From NCBI GenBank assembly GCA_038874655.1, contig JAVZBY010000001.1, forward strand, positions 202,971-266,970: a stretch of 64,000 nt of DNA. The letters are read 5' to 3'. Positions 48,025-57,906 of this stretch are shown in pieces. Each line of letters opens with the position of its first letter. Position 1 is the stretch's first letter. The notes beneath the pieces were generated by a model that made no database searches, was not told where the DNA came from, and worked only from the letters and a program-made list of their open reading frames with translations. The stretch comes from Candidatus Woesearchaeota archaeon. Its GTDB lineage: Archaea; Nanobdellota; Nanobdellia; Woesearchaeales; GW2011-AR15. Both the position numbers and the translations under genes were made by a program.

Positions 48025-49035
48025 TTAGATTATAATGCTGAATAAGGAACTTAATAGGTTTAATGAGATTATATATACAAAATATGAAATTGGTACAAAT
48101 AAAAAAATGTATTTCAAGCCAGCTTTTATGCTACCTTCCCTTAAATCAGCAATTATCATAGCAGATATAGTGGATATTATTATTATGCAAATTTTCGAAA
48201 ATAGTATGAAATCTTTTGGTTGTATTGTTTTAAATTTAAAGTTAAAAGGCAATACATTATATGATGAAGTTATGCTTAATTTTTCACCTAAATTTTGAAT
48301 TATAGTCATTAAATTAAATGATAAGGAAAATAGAATTGGTGAGATTATTACTGCTGTGAAAGCAATGAATATGACAAAACTTGTAACAGATGCAATAAGT
48401 TCTTTTTTCAAGTAATAGGCATCTTTTACGTTTTCGGCAATTTTTTCTATTAATTCTGATATGTTTGTTCCAGATTTTAATCCTACTATAATCATGTCAA
48501 TACTTTCCTGTAATAATGTGCTATTATATTTTTCAGCAAATTCTTTTAATGCCTCTTCTGTGTCATAACCTGCCATTACTTTTTTAGCAACAATTTCAAT
48601 TTCCTTTTCTAAAATACCATATTGTGGTGCAATGGAATTCCAAAGTGCTTTATCAAATGACATTCCTGATCTAAGATTAACAGAAACATCATCTAAAAAA
48701 TCAGGCAAAACGTTTTCAATTTCTCTTGTTCTATTAAAAATAACAAATTCATAATAAAGAAAGTATATTAAAAAAATTAACCCTATTGTAATAAACTCAG
48801 TTATAGTTAAAATAATAAATGAAGAAATTCCAACAGCAAAAGGAGAATTTTTTTTTATATAATTATGTGCAAATAAAAAATAAGAGGTTATTGTTAAAAT
48901 TATTGACAAAAAAAATACAAAACCATATTGAGAATAAGGAACATTATAATTGCCTGTTTTAGCTAAGTATTTTTTTAAATTAAGTCTTATGTTTTTTGGA
49001 ATTATTGCTTCCCCTAAATTTTTGAAAATGCTCAT
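48025..49035 (-). CDS. Type II/IV secretion platform membrane protein (TadC/FlaJ-like)
   Basis: IENVLPDFL...LRSGMSF, multiple TM; downstream of ATPase. Confidence 0.88.
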   Translation of the reverse strand: MSIFKNLGEAIIPKNIRLNLKKYLAKTGNYNVPYSQYGFVFFLSIILTITSYFLFAHNYIKKNSPFAVGISSFIILTITEFITIGLIFLIYFLYYEFVIFNRTREIENVLPDFLDDVSVNLRSGMSFDKALWNSIAPQYGILEKEIEIVAKKVMAGYDTEEALKEFAEKYNSTLLQESIDMIIVGLKSGTNISELIEKIAENVKDAYYLKKELIASVTSFVIFIAFTAVIISPILFSLSFNLMTIIQNLGEKLSITSSYNVLPFNFKFKTIQPKDFILFSKICIIIISTISAMIIADLREGSIKAGLKYIFLFVPISYFVYIISLNLLSSLFSIII

Positions 49036-49838
49036 TCCATCACCATTGGTTTTAATGATTTAAATAATAAAATAAAAAAAAGCTGTACAACAAAAACAAT
49101 AAATGCTAATGCTAATAAAACTTTCATATTTATTATAATTATGCCTGGCATGAAACTAGTAGCAACAACTAATAATGCAGTTCCCAAGGAAGGAAGTATT
49201 GTTCCAATTATTAAATAAAACATGGTAGCTGGGTTTAGTTTTTTACCATATTCTTGTATTTGAATTAAGTGTTCTTTTGTTATGTCTTTTAGTGTTTCTT
49301 TTAATGTGTGTTTAATTTCTGACCCAGTTCTTAGAGCGCTTAAAATTTCTTCCATTAATTTTGAATAAGCTTTTGATGGGCTTAATTCAATTGATTTTTT
49401 AATAGCATCTTCTAATGGCATACCTAAATCTATATCATAGATAAGCTCTTTAAAATAATAGCTGGAATTAGTTTTTAATTTTGAAACACTTTCTAAAGCA
49501 TTTACTAAAGAAGAACCACTTTCCAATTTTAATAGTAAATGTCTTGCAGAATATAATAAATCAGATTCAAGCATGGCTTTTCTATTTTCTAATGAAAAAT
49601 TTGGAAGTAATTTTATAAAATTAAAAACAAAGATAAAACTAATAAAAAATATTAGCGCTAAATAATATAATGGAAAAGGTCTATTCAAATATAAAAAAAA
49701 ACCAAATGATGTAAAACTTAAAGCAATTATAAAACTAAAAAAATAGGTTATCTTAACAAATTTTTCAATATTATAATCGATTTTTGCTTTTTTTATTGTT
49801 TCTTCAAAATTTTTTGAAAAAAAAAGATATTTCTTCAT
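49032..49838 (-). CDS. Type II/IV secretion platform membrane protein (TadB-like)
   Basis: LESGSSLVNAL, LGMPLEDA, EYGKKLNP, ILPSLG. Confidence 0.85.
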   Translation of the reverse strand: MKKYLFFSKNFEETIKKAKIDYNIEKFVKITYFFSFIIALSFTSFGFFLYLNRPFPLYYLALIFFISFIFVFNFIKLLPNFSLENRKAMLESDLLYSARHLLLKLESGSSLVNALESVSKLKTNSSYYFKELIYDIDLGMPLEDAIKKSIELSPSKAYSKLMEEILSALRTGSEIKHTLKETLKDITKEHLIQIQEYGKKLNPATMFYLIIGTILPSLGTALLVVATSFMPGIIIINMKVLLALAFIVFVVQLFFILLFKSLKPMVME

Positions 49839-49891
49839 TTTGTTAATTTTATTTTTTAATTTTTTTATTAAAGCTATAGTGGTTTAGGATT

Positions 49892-51373
49892 TTATTTTTT
49901 ATAATCTAAGTTATTCAAAACAAATCTCATTAATTCATCTTTGTCTGTGTAATAATCACTCATAATTAAACCGATTGTGTTTATATCTTCAATATTTTTT
50001 ATGACCATCCACTTTAGAATACTAATTTTTTCCTTTAAATCATCATATATCATTTTAGCTGTCATACCAGTATAAAGATTTAAAGTTCTTATGAGTTTAT
50101 CAGGATTATTTAATTGTTTCATAATACTATTTAATTCGTCATATTGCATTATCATATTTGGCAAGCCATTTTCTAGTATTTCAGCAATCTGGAATGTTTT
50201 TCTTTTTCCAGTTCTTCTATTTCTGTTTTGAACAACTATTAAACCAATAGAGGAAAGTAGTTGTTTTGGCAAGTTTATAGGAGGATTTGTTAATCTTGCA
50301 ATTGCTTCATCAACATTGCTTGCATGAAATGTTGAATATACACTATGACCTGTGTGTATGGCTTCAAACATAACTTCAATTTCTTTTTCTCTTCTAATTT
50401 CACCAACTATGATTCTATCTGGTCTCATTCTTAAGGTGTTTATCATACAATCAAGCATTGTTATTTCGCCTTTTCCCTCTGGATTTGGCAATCTGCTTTG
50501 CATTGGAATCCAATGTAATGTTTCTGGCAAATTTAATTCTCTAGTATCTTCAATTGAAATTATTCTTTGATTTGGCGGAAAAAAGTTTGAGATGCTATTT
50601 AAAAAAGATGTTTTTCCTGAACCTGTTCCACCGACAATTAATATAGAAATTTCATATTGGATTGCTTGCCATATTAACGCAGCAGAACTTAAATCAATTG
50701 TTCCATTTTTTATTAGCGATGTTATTGTCCATGGGGTTTTTGAAAATTTTCTTATTGTGATGGTGTTTCCTTTACTAGTTATAGGCATTAATGTTGCATT
50801 TACTCTGTCTCCAGTTTCTAAATGTGCATCTAATAAAGGTTGTAGATAACTAATACCTCTATCAACTTTTCTTCCAATGACTGTAGCAAAATGTCGAATT
50901 TTGTTTTCATCATTAAAAATTATATTTGTTTTTAACCAACCATGTTTTCTATGATAAACCCAAACAGGTGTTTTTGCATTGTTAACCACAATTTCTTCTA
51001 AATTTGTATCTTCTAATAGAAATTCAATCTCAGCTAAACCCAAACTTGTAATTAATATGTAATTTGTTATTATATCAATAGTATTTTGATCTGCATTAGA
51101 AAATTGAGTTTTTACTAATTCTTTTAACTTTATTTTAAATTTTTCTCTAATGTCTTTCTCAGAATCAGTAGTTTTTTTCTTTGATAATTCAAAACTTAAA
51201 TTTAATATAATTTCTTCTCTTATTTTTTCAATAATTCTTTTTGTTTGCTCAGAAATATTTAAGAGAGATAAATAATATATAGGGACAGGTTCTCCTTTTT
51301 GTGTATAAATGTGAATTTGTAAAGGTATTTTGTTAATTTCAATTTGATAAGAATCTAATGTTTTAGTTTCCAA
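49892..51373 (-). CDS. Type IV pilus assembly ATPase (TadA/CpaF/FlaI family)
   Basis: GGTGSGKT Walker A, IEDTREL, LRMRPDRIIVGEIR, HTGH..STFHA. Confidence 0.95.
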   Translation of the reverse strand: METKTLDSYQIEINKIPLQIHIYTQKGEPVPIYYLSLLNISEQTKRIIEKIREEIILNLSFELSKKKTTDSEKDIREKFKIKLKELVKTQFSNADQNTIDIITNYILITSLGLAEIEFLLEDTNLEEIVVNNAKTPVWVYHRKHGWLKTNIIFNDENKIRHFATVIGRKVDRGISYLQPLLDAHLETGDRVNATLMPITSKGNTITIRKFSKTPWTITSLIKNGTIDLSSAALIWQAIQYEISILIVGGTGSGKTSFLNSISNFFPPNQRIISIEDTRELNLPETLHWIPMQSRLPNPEGKGEITMLDCMINTLRMRPDRIIVGEIRREKEIEVMFEAIHTGHSVYSTFHASNVDEAIARLTNPPINLPKQLLSSIGLIVVQNRNRRTGKRKTFQIAEILENGLPNMIMQYDELNSIMKQLNNPDKLIRTLNLYTGMTAKMIYDDLKEKISILKWMVIKNIEDINTIGLIMSDYYTDKDELMRFVLNNLDYKK

Positions 51374-51551
51374 AATGGACCCTCTTTTTTAAGATTTATT
51401 TTATGTTAATAATTTTTTTAAACAATTTTTTAACAATATTATTTTTTGACTATATATATTTATAAATTAAATATTAATCTTTTTTAAATCTTTCTACTTT
51501 AGAATTTAAAATTATTATATAAAAAGTCGTAGAATAAGTTTTAATAATTAA

Positions 51552-51725
51552 TTATATACCAAATAAGTTTTTTCCATACATATTTAATAATAAAATAAGA
51601 ATTATTATGAAAATTGCTAAAAATATAATATGCCCAGGTTTAAATTCTATTTTAGATCTGTAATCTTCAAAATATCTTGTTAAGCCAGCACCACTCATAG
51701 GCATACTAATTTTATCTTTTGCCAT
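51552..51725 (-). CDS. secG: Preprotein translocase Sec61-beta subunit (missing from ORF track, 57 aa)
   Basis: Hand translation MAKDKISMPMSGAGLTRYFEDYRSKIEFKPGHIIFLAIFIIILILLLNMYGKNLFGI; AGLxRYF motif plus single TM. Confidence 0.9.
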   Translation of the reverse strand: MAKDKISMPMSGAGLTRYFEDYRSKIEFKPGHIIFLAIFIIILILLLNMYGKNLFGI

Positions 51726-51875
51726 CTTATTTTCTTAAAAATTAAATTTATTTAAAAAAGTTTTGATTAAAGAAGGGGTAAAAATAATTTTCTAACTCTT
51801 TTTTTATTTTTTAAGTAATTTTTAAAGGCATTATTTTAAGTAATATTTTTAAGTATTTAGGTATTTAATTTAAGA

Positions 51876-53000
51876 ATGATAAAAAAAATAAAGAAACTTT
51901 TTTTTTCATATTTTTCTTTTATGAGTAAGGAATTAAATCCAAATACAATTACTTTTTTTAGATTTTTCTTTGGCATAATAATGATATATTTTGCTTTTTT
52001 CAAGAATAGGGAATTTTTTTTTATGAGTTATGCTTTTGCATTAATTACAGATATTTTAGATGGATTTGTGGCTAGAAAATATAAAAAAGAAACACATAAA
52101 GGAAAGATATTAGATATTTTAGCTGATAATTTTATTTTAGTTTGTTTGTTTATTGGTTTTTTGCTAATGAAAAAGGTCTTTATTTTAGCTTATAAACCAC
52201 ATTTGATTTTTATTTTGAGTTATTATTTTTTTGTACAGATTATTAGCTTTATTTTTACAAGCAAATTTATCTTTAAAAGAACAATTGCAGCAAATATAGC
52301 TGCTATTATTTTTCCTTTTTTAATTTTTTTTATGTTTTTTTTTGATTTAAATTTTTTAGTTTATCCTTATCTTATTTTTATGATATTTAGTTTGAGTGAG
52401 AAACTTATCTTAACATTAGCTAATGAAGATAGAATTTCTTTGTTTTTGATTAAGTCAAATGTACATAAGATTTTTTTATTTTTTATTGTGATTTTGATGA
52501 CTTTTTTTTTATTTTTATTAACAGGTTTTTCAGAAAATTATTTTTTTGAAGAATTATCTAATAAAACATTAGAGAATAACAATATAGATTCTTTAAATCC
52601 AAGTTCTAATGATTATTTAGAAGTTTGTTTTGAAAATTCAAAATGTATTATTGCAGAAGTTAGAGATAATGATAGTGAGAGAATTTTAGGTTTAATGTAT
52701 CGAGAAAATATTAATGAAAGTTTTGGAATGCTTTTTGTTTTTGATAGTAATGTTGATTATGCTTTTTGGATGAAAAATATGAAATTTAATATTGATATTA
52801 TTTTTATTGATGAAAATAAAACAATTGTTTCAATAGTAAAAGGTGCTTTTCCATGTAATAAGCCAGATAACGAATGTGAGCTTTATTTTTCAAAAAAGCC
52901 CTATAAATATGTAATTGAAGTAACATCTGGATTTACAAATAAATATGATATTTTTGAAGGACAAAAGGTTTTTTTTGAGTTTAATTTATCTAAGAAATAA
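51876..53000 (+). CDS. CDP-alcohol phosphatidyltransferase fused to C-terminal DUF192 domain
   Basis: TDILDGFVARK...GKILDILAD signature; C-term GLMYRE, GMLFVF, FWMKNM, IDIIFID, YVIEV; start may be ATG 51921. Confidence 0.82.
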   Translation: MIKKIKKLFFSYFSFMSKELNPNTITFFRFFFGIIMIYFAFFKNREFFFMSYAFALITDILDGFVARKYKKETHKGKILDILADNFILVCLFIGFLLMKKVFILAYKPHLIFILSYYFFVQIISFIFTSKFIFKRTIAANIAAIIFPFLIFFMFFFDLNFLVYPYLIFMIFSLSEKLILTLANEDRISLFLIKSNVHKIFLFFIVILMTFFLFLLTGFSENYFFEELSNKTLENNNIDSLNPSSNDYLEVCFENSKCIIAEVRDNDSERILGLMYRENINESFGMLFVFDSNVDYAFWMKNMKFNIDIIFIDENKTIVSIVKGAFPCNKPDNECELYFSKKPYKYVIEVTSGFTNKYDIFEGQKVFFEFNLSKK

Positions 53001-53086
53001 AAAATATTTACTTTATAACTATCTTGTAAAATAAATTATAGAACAGATTAAATACTTTTTTATTTTTTCTAATTTTTATCTAAAAT

Positions 53087-53851
53087 ATGATAAAAAACAC
53101 ATTTATTTTTTTGCCTAAATTTGGCTATGAAAAAGAAAAAAAGTTATGGGAATTAGGGATTAAAACTTGGGATGATTTTCTTGCAACAAAAAAAATATTA
53201 GGAATCTCAGATTTTAATAAAAAAAGATATGATGAGATTATTAAAAATGCAAAAAAAGCACTTTTAGATAATAATAGTAGTTATTTTTTGGACAAATTAA
53301 AGCATAGGGATAATTGGCGTTTATATGATTTTTTTAAGGAAGATTCTGTTTTTTTGGATATTGAAGTTTCAAGAATAAATGGTTTTTTAACAATGATTGG
53401 TTTATTTGATGGCATAGATACTAAAATAATGGTTAAAGATCTAAATTTGAATTTAGATGCATTAAAAAAAGAACTTTCTAAATATAAGTTGATTATAACT
53501 TTTAATGGTAGTGTTTTTGATATTCCTTTCTTAAATAAAAAATATCCTAATTTATTACCAAGCATACCAAATATAGATGTTAAACATTTGTGTAATTTAA
53601 TAGGGTTAAAAGGCACATTAAAAGAAATAGAAAAGAAATTAGAAATAAAAAGACAAAATGAAATAGTCAATAAATTATATGGTGGAGATCCGTTTAGATT
53701 ATGGAAAATATTTAAAGCAACAGGAGATAAATATTATTTGGATTTATTAGTTGAATATAATGAAGAAGACATTATTAATTTGAAAAAGATTTGCGAGTAT
53801 TGTATCAACGAATTAAAAAATGAGATAAACAATATATTTAAATTATTTTAA
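53087..53851 (+). CDS. RNase H-like exonuclease (YprB/RNase_H_2 family)
   Basis: FLDIE, TFNGSVFDIPFL, LKEIEKKL, YNEEDI. Confidence 0.88.
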   Translation: MIKNTFIFLPKFGYEKEKKLWELGIKTWDDFLATKKILGISDFNKKRYDEIIKNAKKALLDNNSSYFLDKLKHRDNWRLYDFFKEDSVFLDIEVSRINGFLTMIGLFDGIDTKIMVKDLNLNLDALKKELSKYKLIITFNGSVFDIPFLNKKYPNLLPSIPNIDVKHLCNLIGLKGTLKEIEKKLEIKRQNEIVNKLYGGDPFRLWKIFKATGDKYYLDLLVEYNEEDIINLKKICEYCINELKNEINNIFKLF

Positions 53852-53865
53852 TTTTATTTCTATTT

Positions 53866-54480
53866 ATGCTTAAATTTTCAAAAGATGAAATAGAGCAGTT
53901 AATTAAAGCAGGAATTGTTTTAAGTTTAGCATTTACTATTTTAAATATTGGTTTGAGGGATTTGATATTTGGTTTTAATAATATCTATAAATTTTTTAAT
54001 ATATTTATAATTTTCATTATTACTTTATTAACTGTCGGACTGGCTTTTTTAGTACATGAATTAGCACATAAATTTTTAGCACAAAAATATAAATGTAAAG
54101 CAGAATTTAAAGCAAATAATACAATGCTTTTTTTTGGTCTTATGACTAGTTTTTTAGGCTTTATTTTTATTTCACCAGGAGCAGTATATATTCAAGGAAG
54201 AATTAATAAAAGTCAAAACGCTAAAATCTCCTTAGTAGGACCATTATCTAATTTAATACTAGGTTTTATCTTTTTTGTTTTTTTTGTTTTTTTTAGAGAT
54301 ACAATAATTAGTAATTTCTTTTTTTATGGTCTAAAAATTAATTTCTTTTTAGGATTTTTTAATTTATTGCCTTTTTATGGTTTTGATGGATTTAATGTTT
54401 TTAAGTGGAATAAATTTATATATTTCTTTTTTTTAATAATTGCATTAATTTTATGGTTTCTTTCATTTTTTATTATATAG
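53866..54480 (+). CDS. M50 family (site-2) membrane metalloprotease
   Basis: HELAH, GPLSN, FNLLP..FDG. Confidence 0.9.
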   Translation: MLKFSKDEIEQLIKAGIVLSLAFTILNIGLRDLIFGFNNIYKFFNIFIIFIITLLTVGLAFLVHELAHKFLAQKYKCKAEFKANNTMLFFGLMTSFLGFIFISPGAVYIQGRINKSQNAKISLVGPLSNLILGFIFFVFFVFFRDTIISNFFFYGLKINFFLGFFNLLPFYGFDGFNVFKWNKFIYFFFLIIALILWFLSFFII

Positions 54481-54546
54481 TTTTTCTACTTTTTCTACTT
54501 AATCTTTTTATATTAATTATTTTTTTTGTCTTTTAAGTTTTTTTAT

Positions 54547-54607
54547 TTAAGTTATTGTTAATAATATGATAATAAGTTAAGTTATGGCTAATAAATTAAG
54601 TTATAGC
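54547..54607 (+). repeat. Three copies of TTAAGTTATNG upstream of the foldase gene
   Basis: Copies at 54547, 54577, 54596; the last two lie in a 19-nt tandem duplication. Confidence 0.45.
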
Positions 54608-54697
54608 ATATATCTTTTTAAATAAATTTTATTTTTTCAATTTTAATTCAATATTTTTTGTTTGTTTATTTGTCATTGTGTTATTTAGGGTGATTAT

Positions 54698-55825
54698 ATG
54701 GAAAAAAGCATGAAGAAAAAAAATGTTTCAGAAAATAAATACAAAGAAGAAGCAAAAAAATATGTAAAGAAAAATTTTATAATCAATATCTCACTTTTAT
54801 TAGTTTTTATTTTCTTGTTTATTTCTACACTTTTTATTATTTTTTTGAATACAAGAGAAATGAGTCCAAATGACCCAAGTTTTTTGAAAAGTGCATATTC
54901 TTTTAATGAGAGGTTATTTAAAAAAGAAAAAATGCCTGTAGCAATAGTAAATGGCGAAAAAATAGATTTTGTAGATATAGAAAAAAGATATAATAGCTTA
55001 CCAGATATTTATAAAAGTGTAATGTCTTATGATGATATTTTAAATCAAGTTATAGATGAAAAGATTTTACTTCAAGAGGCAAAAAAAGAAAATATATTGG
55101 TGACTGAAGAAGAAATTAACACAGAGATTCAAAATATTTTGGCATATAATGGTTTAAGTGAAACAGATTTAATTAATCTTTTAAAAGAAAGAAATATGTC
55201 AATAAATGATCTAAAAAATTTATATCAATATCAACTTTTAATAACAAAACTTTTGAATAAAACAATTTTATCTAAGATAATTGTAAATGATAAAGAAATT
55301 AAAGATTATTATGATGAAAATATTGAGCTTTTTAAAGTTCCAGAGACTATCAATGTTAGTCATTTAATCATTTGCCATAATGAGAGTATAAGGTGTGTTT
55401 CTGATTTATCAAAAGAAGAATCCTACAAATTAATCCAAAAAATTAAGAAAGAAATTGATGATTCAAATGAAGCATTTGATTTTTTTGTTAGAAAATATTC
55501 AAATGAACCTAATGTCAATATAACAAATGGAAATTTAGGTTGGTTAAGTAAAAAAGATAACATAGATAAGGATTTTTTAACAAATGCATTTAATATGACT
55601 ATAAATGAAACAAGAATAGTAGAAACACAATTTGGTTATCACATAATTAAGGTTTTTGATAAGAAGCCAGAAGAAATAATAAAATTAGATAAAGTTAAAG
55701 ATCAAATTAATCAAAGTTTATATCAAACAAAAGCAGAAGAGCTATATTTAAACTATTTAAGTGAATTAAGAAATAAATCAACAATAAACATTTTTTTAAA
55801 CTTAAGTAATTATAATAAAAAATAA
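54698..55825 (+). CDS. Membrane-anchored SurA/PrsA-like parvulin peptidyl-prolyl isomerase
   Basis: N-term TM, VAIVNGEKI, LLQEAKK, VSHLII, GNLGW, VETQFGYHIIKV. Confidence 0.88.
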   Translation: MEKSMKKKNVSENKYKEEAKKYVKKNFIINISLLLVFIFLFISTLFIIFLNTREMSPNDPSFLKSAYSFNERLFKKEKMPVAIVNGEKIDFVDIEKRYNSLPDIYKSVMSYDDILNQVIDEKILLQEAKKENILVTEEEINTEIQNILAYNGLSETDLINLLKERNMSINDLKNLYQYQLLITKLLNKTILSKIIVNDKEIKDYYDENIELFKVPETINVSHLIICHNESIRCVSDLSKEESYKLIQKIKKEIDDSNEAFDFFVRKYSNEPNVNITNGNLGWLSKKDNIDKDFLTNAFNMTINETRIVETQFGYHIIKVFDKKPEEIIKLDKVKDQINQSLYQTKAEELYLNYLSELRNKSTINIFLNLSNYNKK

Positions 55826-55884
55826 AATCTTTAATTATTATTTATTTTTTTAAGGATTTTAAAGTTTAAATAATTGATAAGAAA

Positions 55885-56145
55885 ATGCTTTTTATTTTAA
55901 TTTTTAAAAAATTAGGATTAAAGTTGAATAAATATGTTTTAGCAATTTTATATGGTTTTTTCTATTTTTTTTTAACACTTTTAATTTTCTTTTTAGTTTC
56001 TTTTAAAATTAAGCGATTTATAATTTCTCCATTTTTGTTTTCTTTGATTGTAGGTTTTTTTATGGGAATTTTTTTTCTTTTTAAGGAAGAATATTTAATA
56101 TTAGAAAAAGATATTATAATTATGAAAGGAAAAAAGAAGAGATAA
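55885..56145 (+). CDS. Small hypothetical membrane protein
   Basis: Two hydrophobic segments and basic tail; T-rich sequence so could be spurious. Confidence 0.45.
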   Translation: MLFILIFKKLGLKLNKYVLAILYGFFYFFLTLLIFFLVSFKIKRFIISPFLFSLIVGFFMGIFFLFKEEYLILEKDIIIMKGKKKR

Positions 56146-56205
56146 TTATTTTTTATAATTTTTAAAAAGAAAAAATATATTAAATATGATTAAATCTTTT
56201 TGTTT

Positions 56206-56895
56206 ATGAAGTTTAAATTGAATTATCTTTTTTTGTTATTACTTATTATAACTTTTATTTTTGGTTATTTTTATTTTTTTCAAATTTCCCCGTTTATAGA
56301 AAAACCTCTTCCAATTTATAATTCAAATGAAAGGCAGAATGATCATGATTCAGACATAGATTTGAAAAATAAAATTATCTATTTCTTATATAATCTTGAG
56401 GCATATAAATTGCATAGTAATATTTTAGATAATACTAAACCTAAAATTTATGTTATTATTACAGATGAAATAAATAATAACCTATCCTTAGAATACTATA
56501 ATCAACCAAATTATATTTTAGAAACAAATTTTTATTCTTTTTATATTGAAAATAATGAGGTCATTAATTCAGATGATATATTAAATGATAATAACTATGA
56601 TTTAGGATTTATTATAAAAAAAGATTTTTTTAATTCAGATATAAATACTAACACAATATTAGAAAATATAGAAAAAGGTAATATAAAAATTAATGTTATT
56701 TCAGATGAAAAAACATTGATATTAAAAGGTTATAAAGTATTATATGATAAATTTAAGAAGATTCAAGAAAAAAATAATGAGATAACAGGAAACTTTGTAA
56801 ATATAAGACCATTAAAATCAGTAAAAATTTTTAATTTATTTTTTATATTTTTGTTTGCTTCTTTTGTAGGGTTGCTTATTGAGAGAGAAAAATAA
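56206..56895 (+). CDS. Hypothetical membrane-anchored extracellular protein
   Basis: N-terminal and C-terminal TM helices; ITGNFV before the C-terminal TM. Confidence 0.65.
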   Translation: MKFKLNYLFLLLLIITFIFGYFYFFQISPFIEKPLPIYNSNERQNDHDSDIDLKNKIIYFLYNLEAYKLHSNILDNTKPKIYVIITDEINNNLSLEYYNQPNYILETNFYSFYIENNEVINSDDILNDNNYDLGFIIKKDFFNSDINTNTILENIEKGNIKINVISDEKTLILKGYKVLYDKFKKIQEKNNEITGNFVNIRPLKSVKIFNLFFIFLFASFVGLLIEREK

Positions 56896-56950
56896 TTAAA
56901 TAGATTTGAAGAATAATATAAAAATTAATAAAAAAAGAATTTTATTAAAA

Positions 56951-57541
56951 TTACTTTATTAAATTATATTTTTTTAATGTTTCTTTATATTTTTGATAAT
57001 CTTCTGTATTCTTAAATTCATGTAGTACTTCTTTTGGTAATTTTGAAAGCCATTTATTTTGTATTTTTAAAACTTCTTTTATGTCATCAGGCAATATTTC
57101 TTTTTTTTCTTCTATTGTTTCTTCTTCCTCTTCATCAAATTCGGCTTCTTCACTGAACCATGATCTTATTTTTGCAAAAAAGCCTTTTGATTTTTTTGCT
57201 TTTTTTTCACTTTTAAGATCATCATTGTAATTAATTTCGTTATTTTCTTCTCTTTTGGTTTCTAAGCTATTTTCATCTTTTTTACTTTTTATATTTTCAT
57301 CTAATGTTTCTTCTTCCATATTGTCTTCATCTCCAGATATAAAATCTAAAAATCTTTTTATAATTCCTTTTTTTGGTTTTTTAGTTTTTATTTCTTTTTC
57401 ATCATTTATGTCTTTTTTTATATCCTCTATATTTTTTTTATCTTTTTTTATTATTTTTTTTTCATAATTAGGATTTTCTTTTTTTCTTTTTTCTAAGTAT
57501 TCATCTAATTCAAAGTTTATGTCTTTTGTAATTTTTATCAC
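56951..57541 (-). CDS. Charged hypothetical protein with two amphipathic-helix repeats
   Basis: KKGIIKRFLDFISG and KGFFAKIRSWFSE each followed by acidic runs; helical C-terminal domain. Confidence 0.7.
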   Translation of the reverse strand: MIKITKDINFELDEYLEKRKKENPNYEKKIIKKDKKNIEDIKKDINDEKEIKTKKPKKGIIKRFLDFISGDEDNMEEETLDENIKSKKDENSLETKREENNEINYNDDLKSEKKAKKSKGFFAKIRSWFSEEAEFDEEEEETIEEKKEILPDDIKEVLKIQNKWLSKLPKEVLHEFKNTEDYQKYKETLKKYNLIK

Positions 57542-57906
57542 CTAATTTATTATTCTTATTTTTTGATATTTTTTAATAGTTATATTTTTTTAATGTATGT
57601 TTTATGAGTATATTAATCTTTCTTTGATAACTTTGATAATTTTCTTTTATCTATTTTTTTAATATTATCTTGTTATTAATATATCTTGTAATTAATATAG
57701 TTTGTATATTTCTGTATATTATATTTATTTATATCTTTTTTTATCTTTTTTGTAATTTATTAGTAATTAGTTATTAATAATTTCTTTAATAAGCACATAC
57801 TATCTTTTTATTTGTTTGTTCTTTATTTTAATTATTAACTAATTTTCATTTGATATTTTTTTATTTTTCCATTATATTTATATAGTTTTTATTCTTAATT
57901 TTTTGT

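Noticed and set aside
51805-51860. Three TTAAGTA copies upstream of the CDP-alcohol transferase gene
   Set aside because: Irregular spacing and nearly all A/T; expected by chance at this composition
57620-57720. Short tandem repeats (CTTTGATAA x2; TATCTTGTWATTAATA x2) in a 365-bp AT-rich spacer, considered as CRISPR or origin
   Set aside because: Only two adjacent copies, no spacers, no cas or cdc6/orc gene, no ORB-like G-string; consistent with slippage in low-complexity DNA
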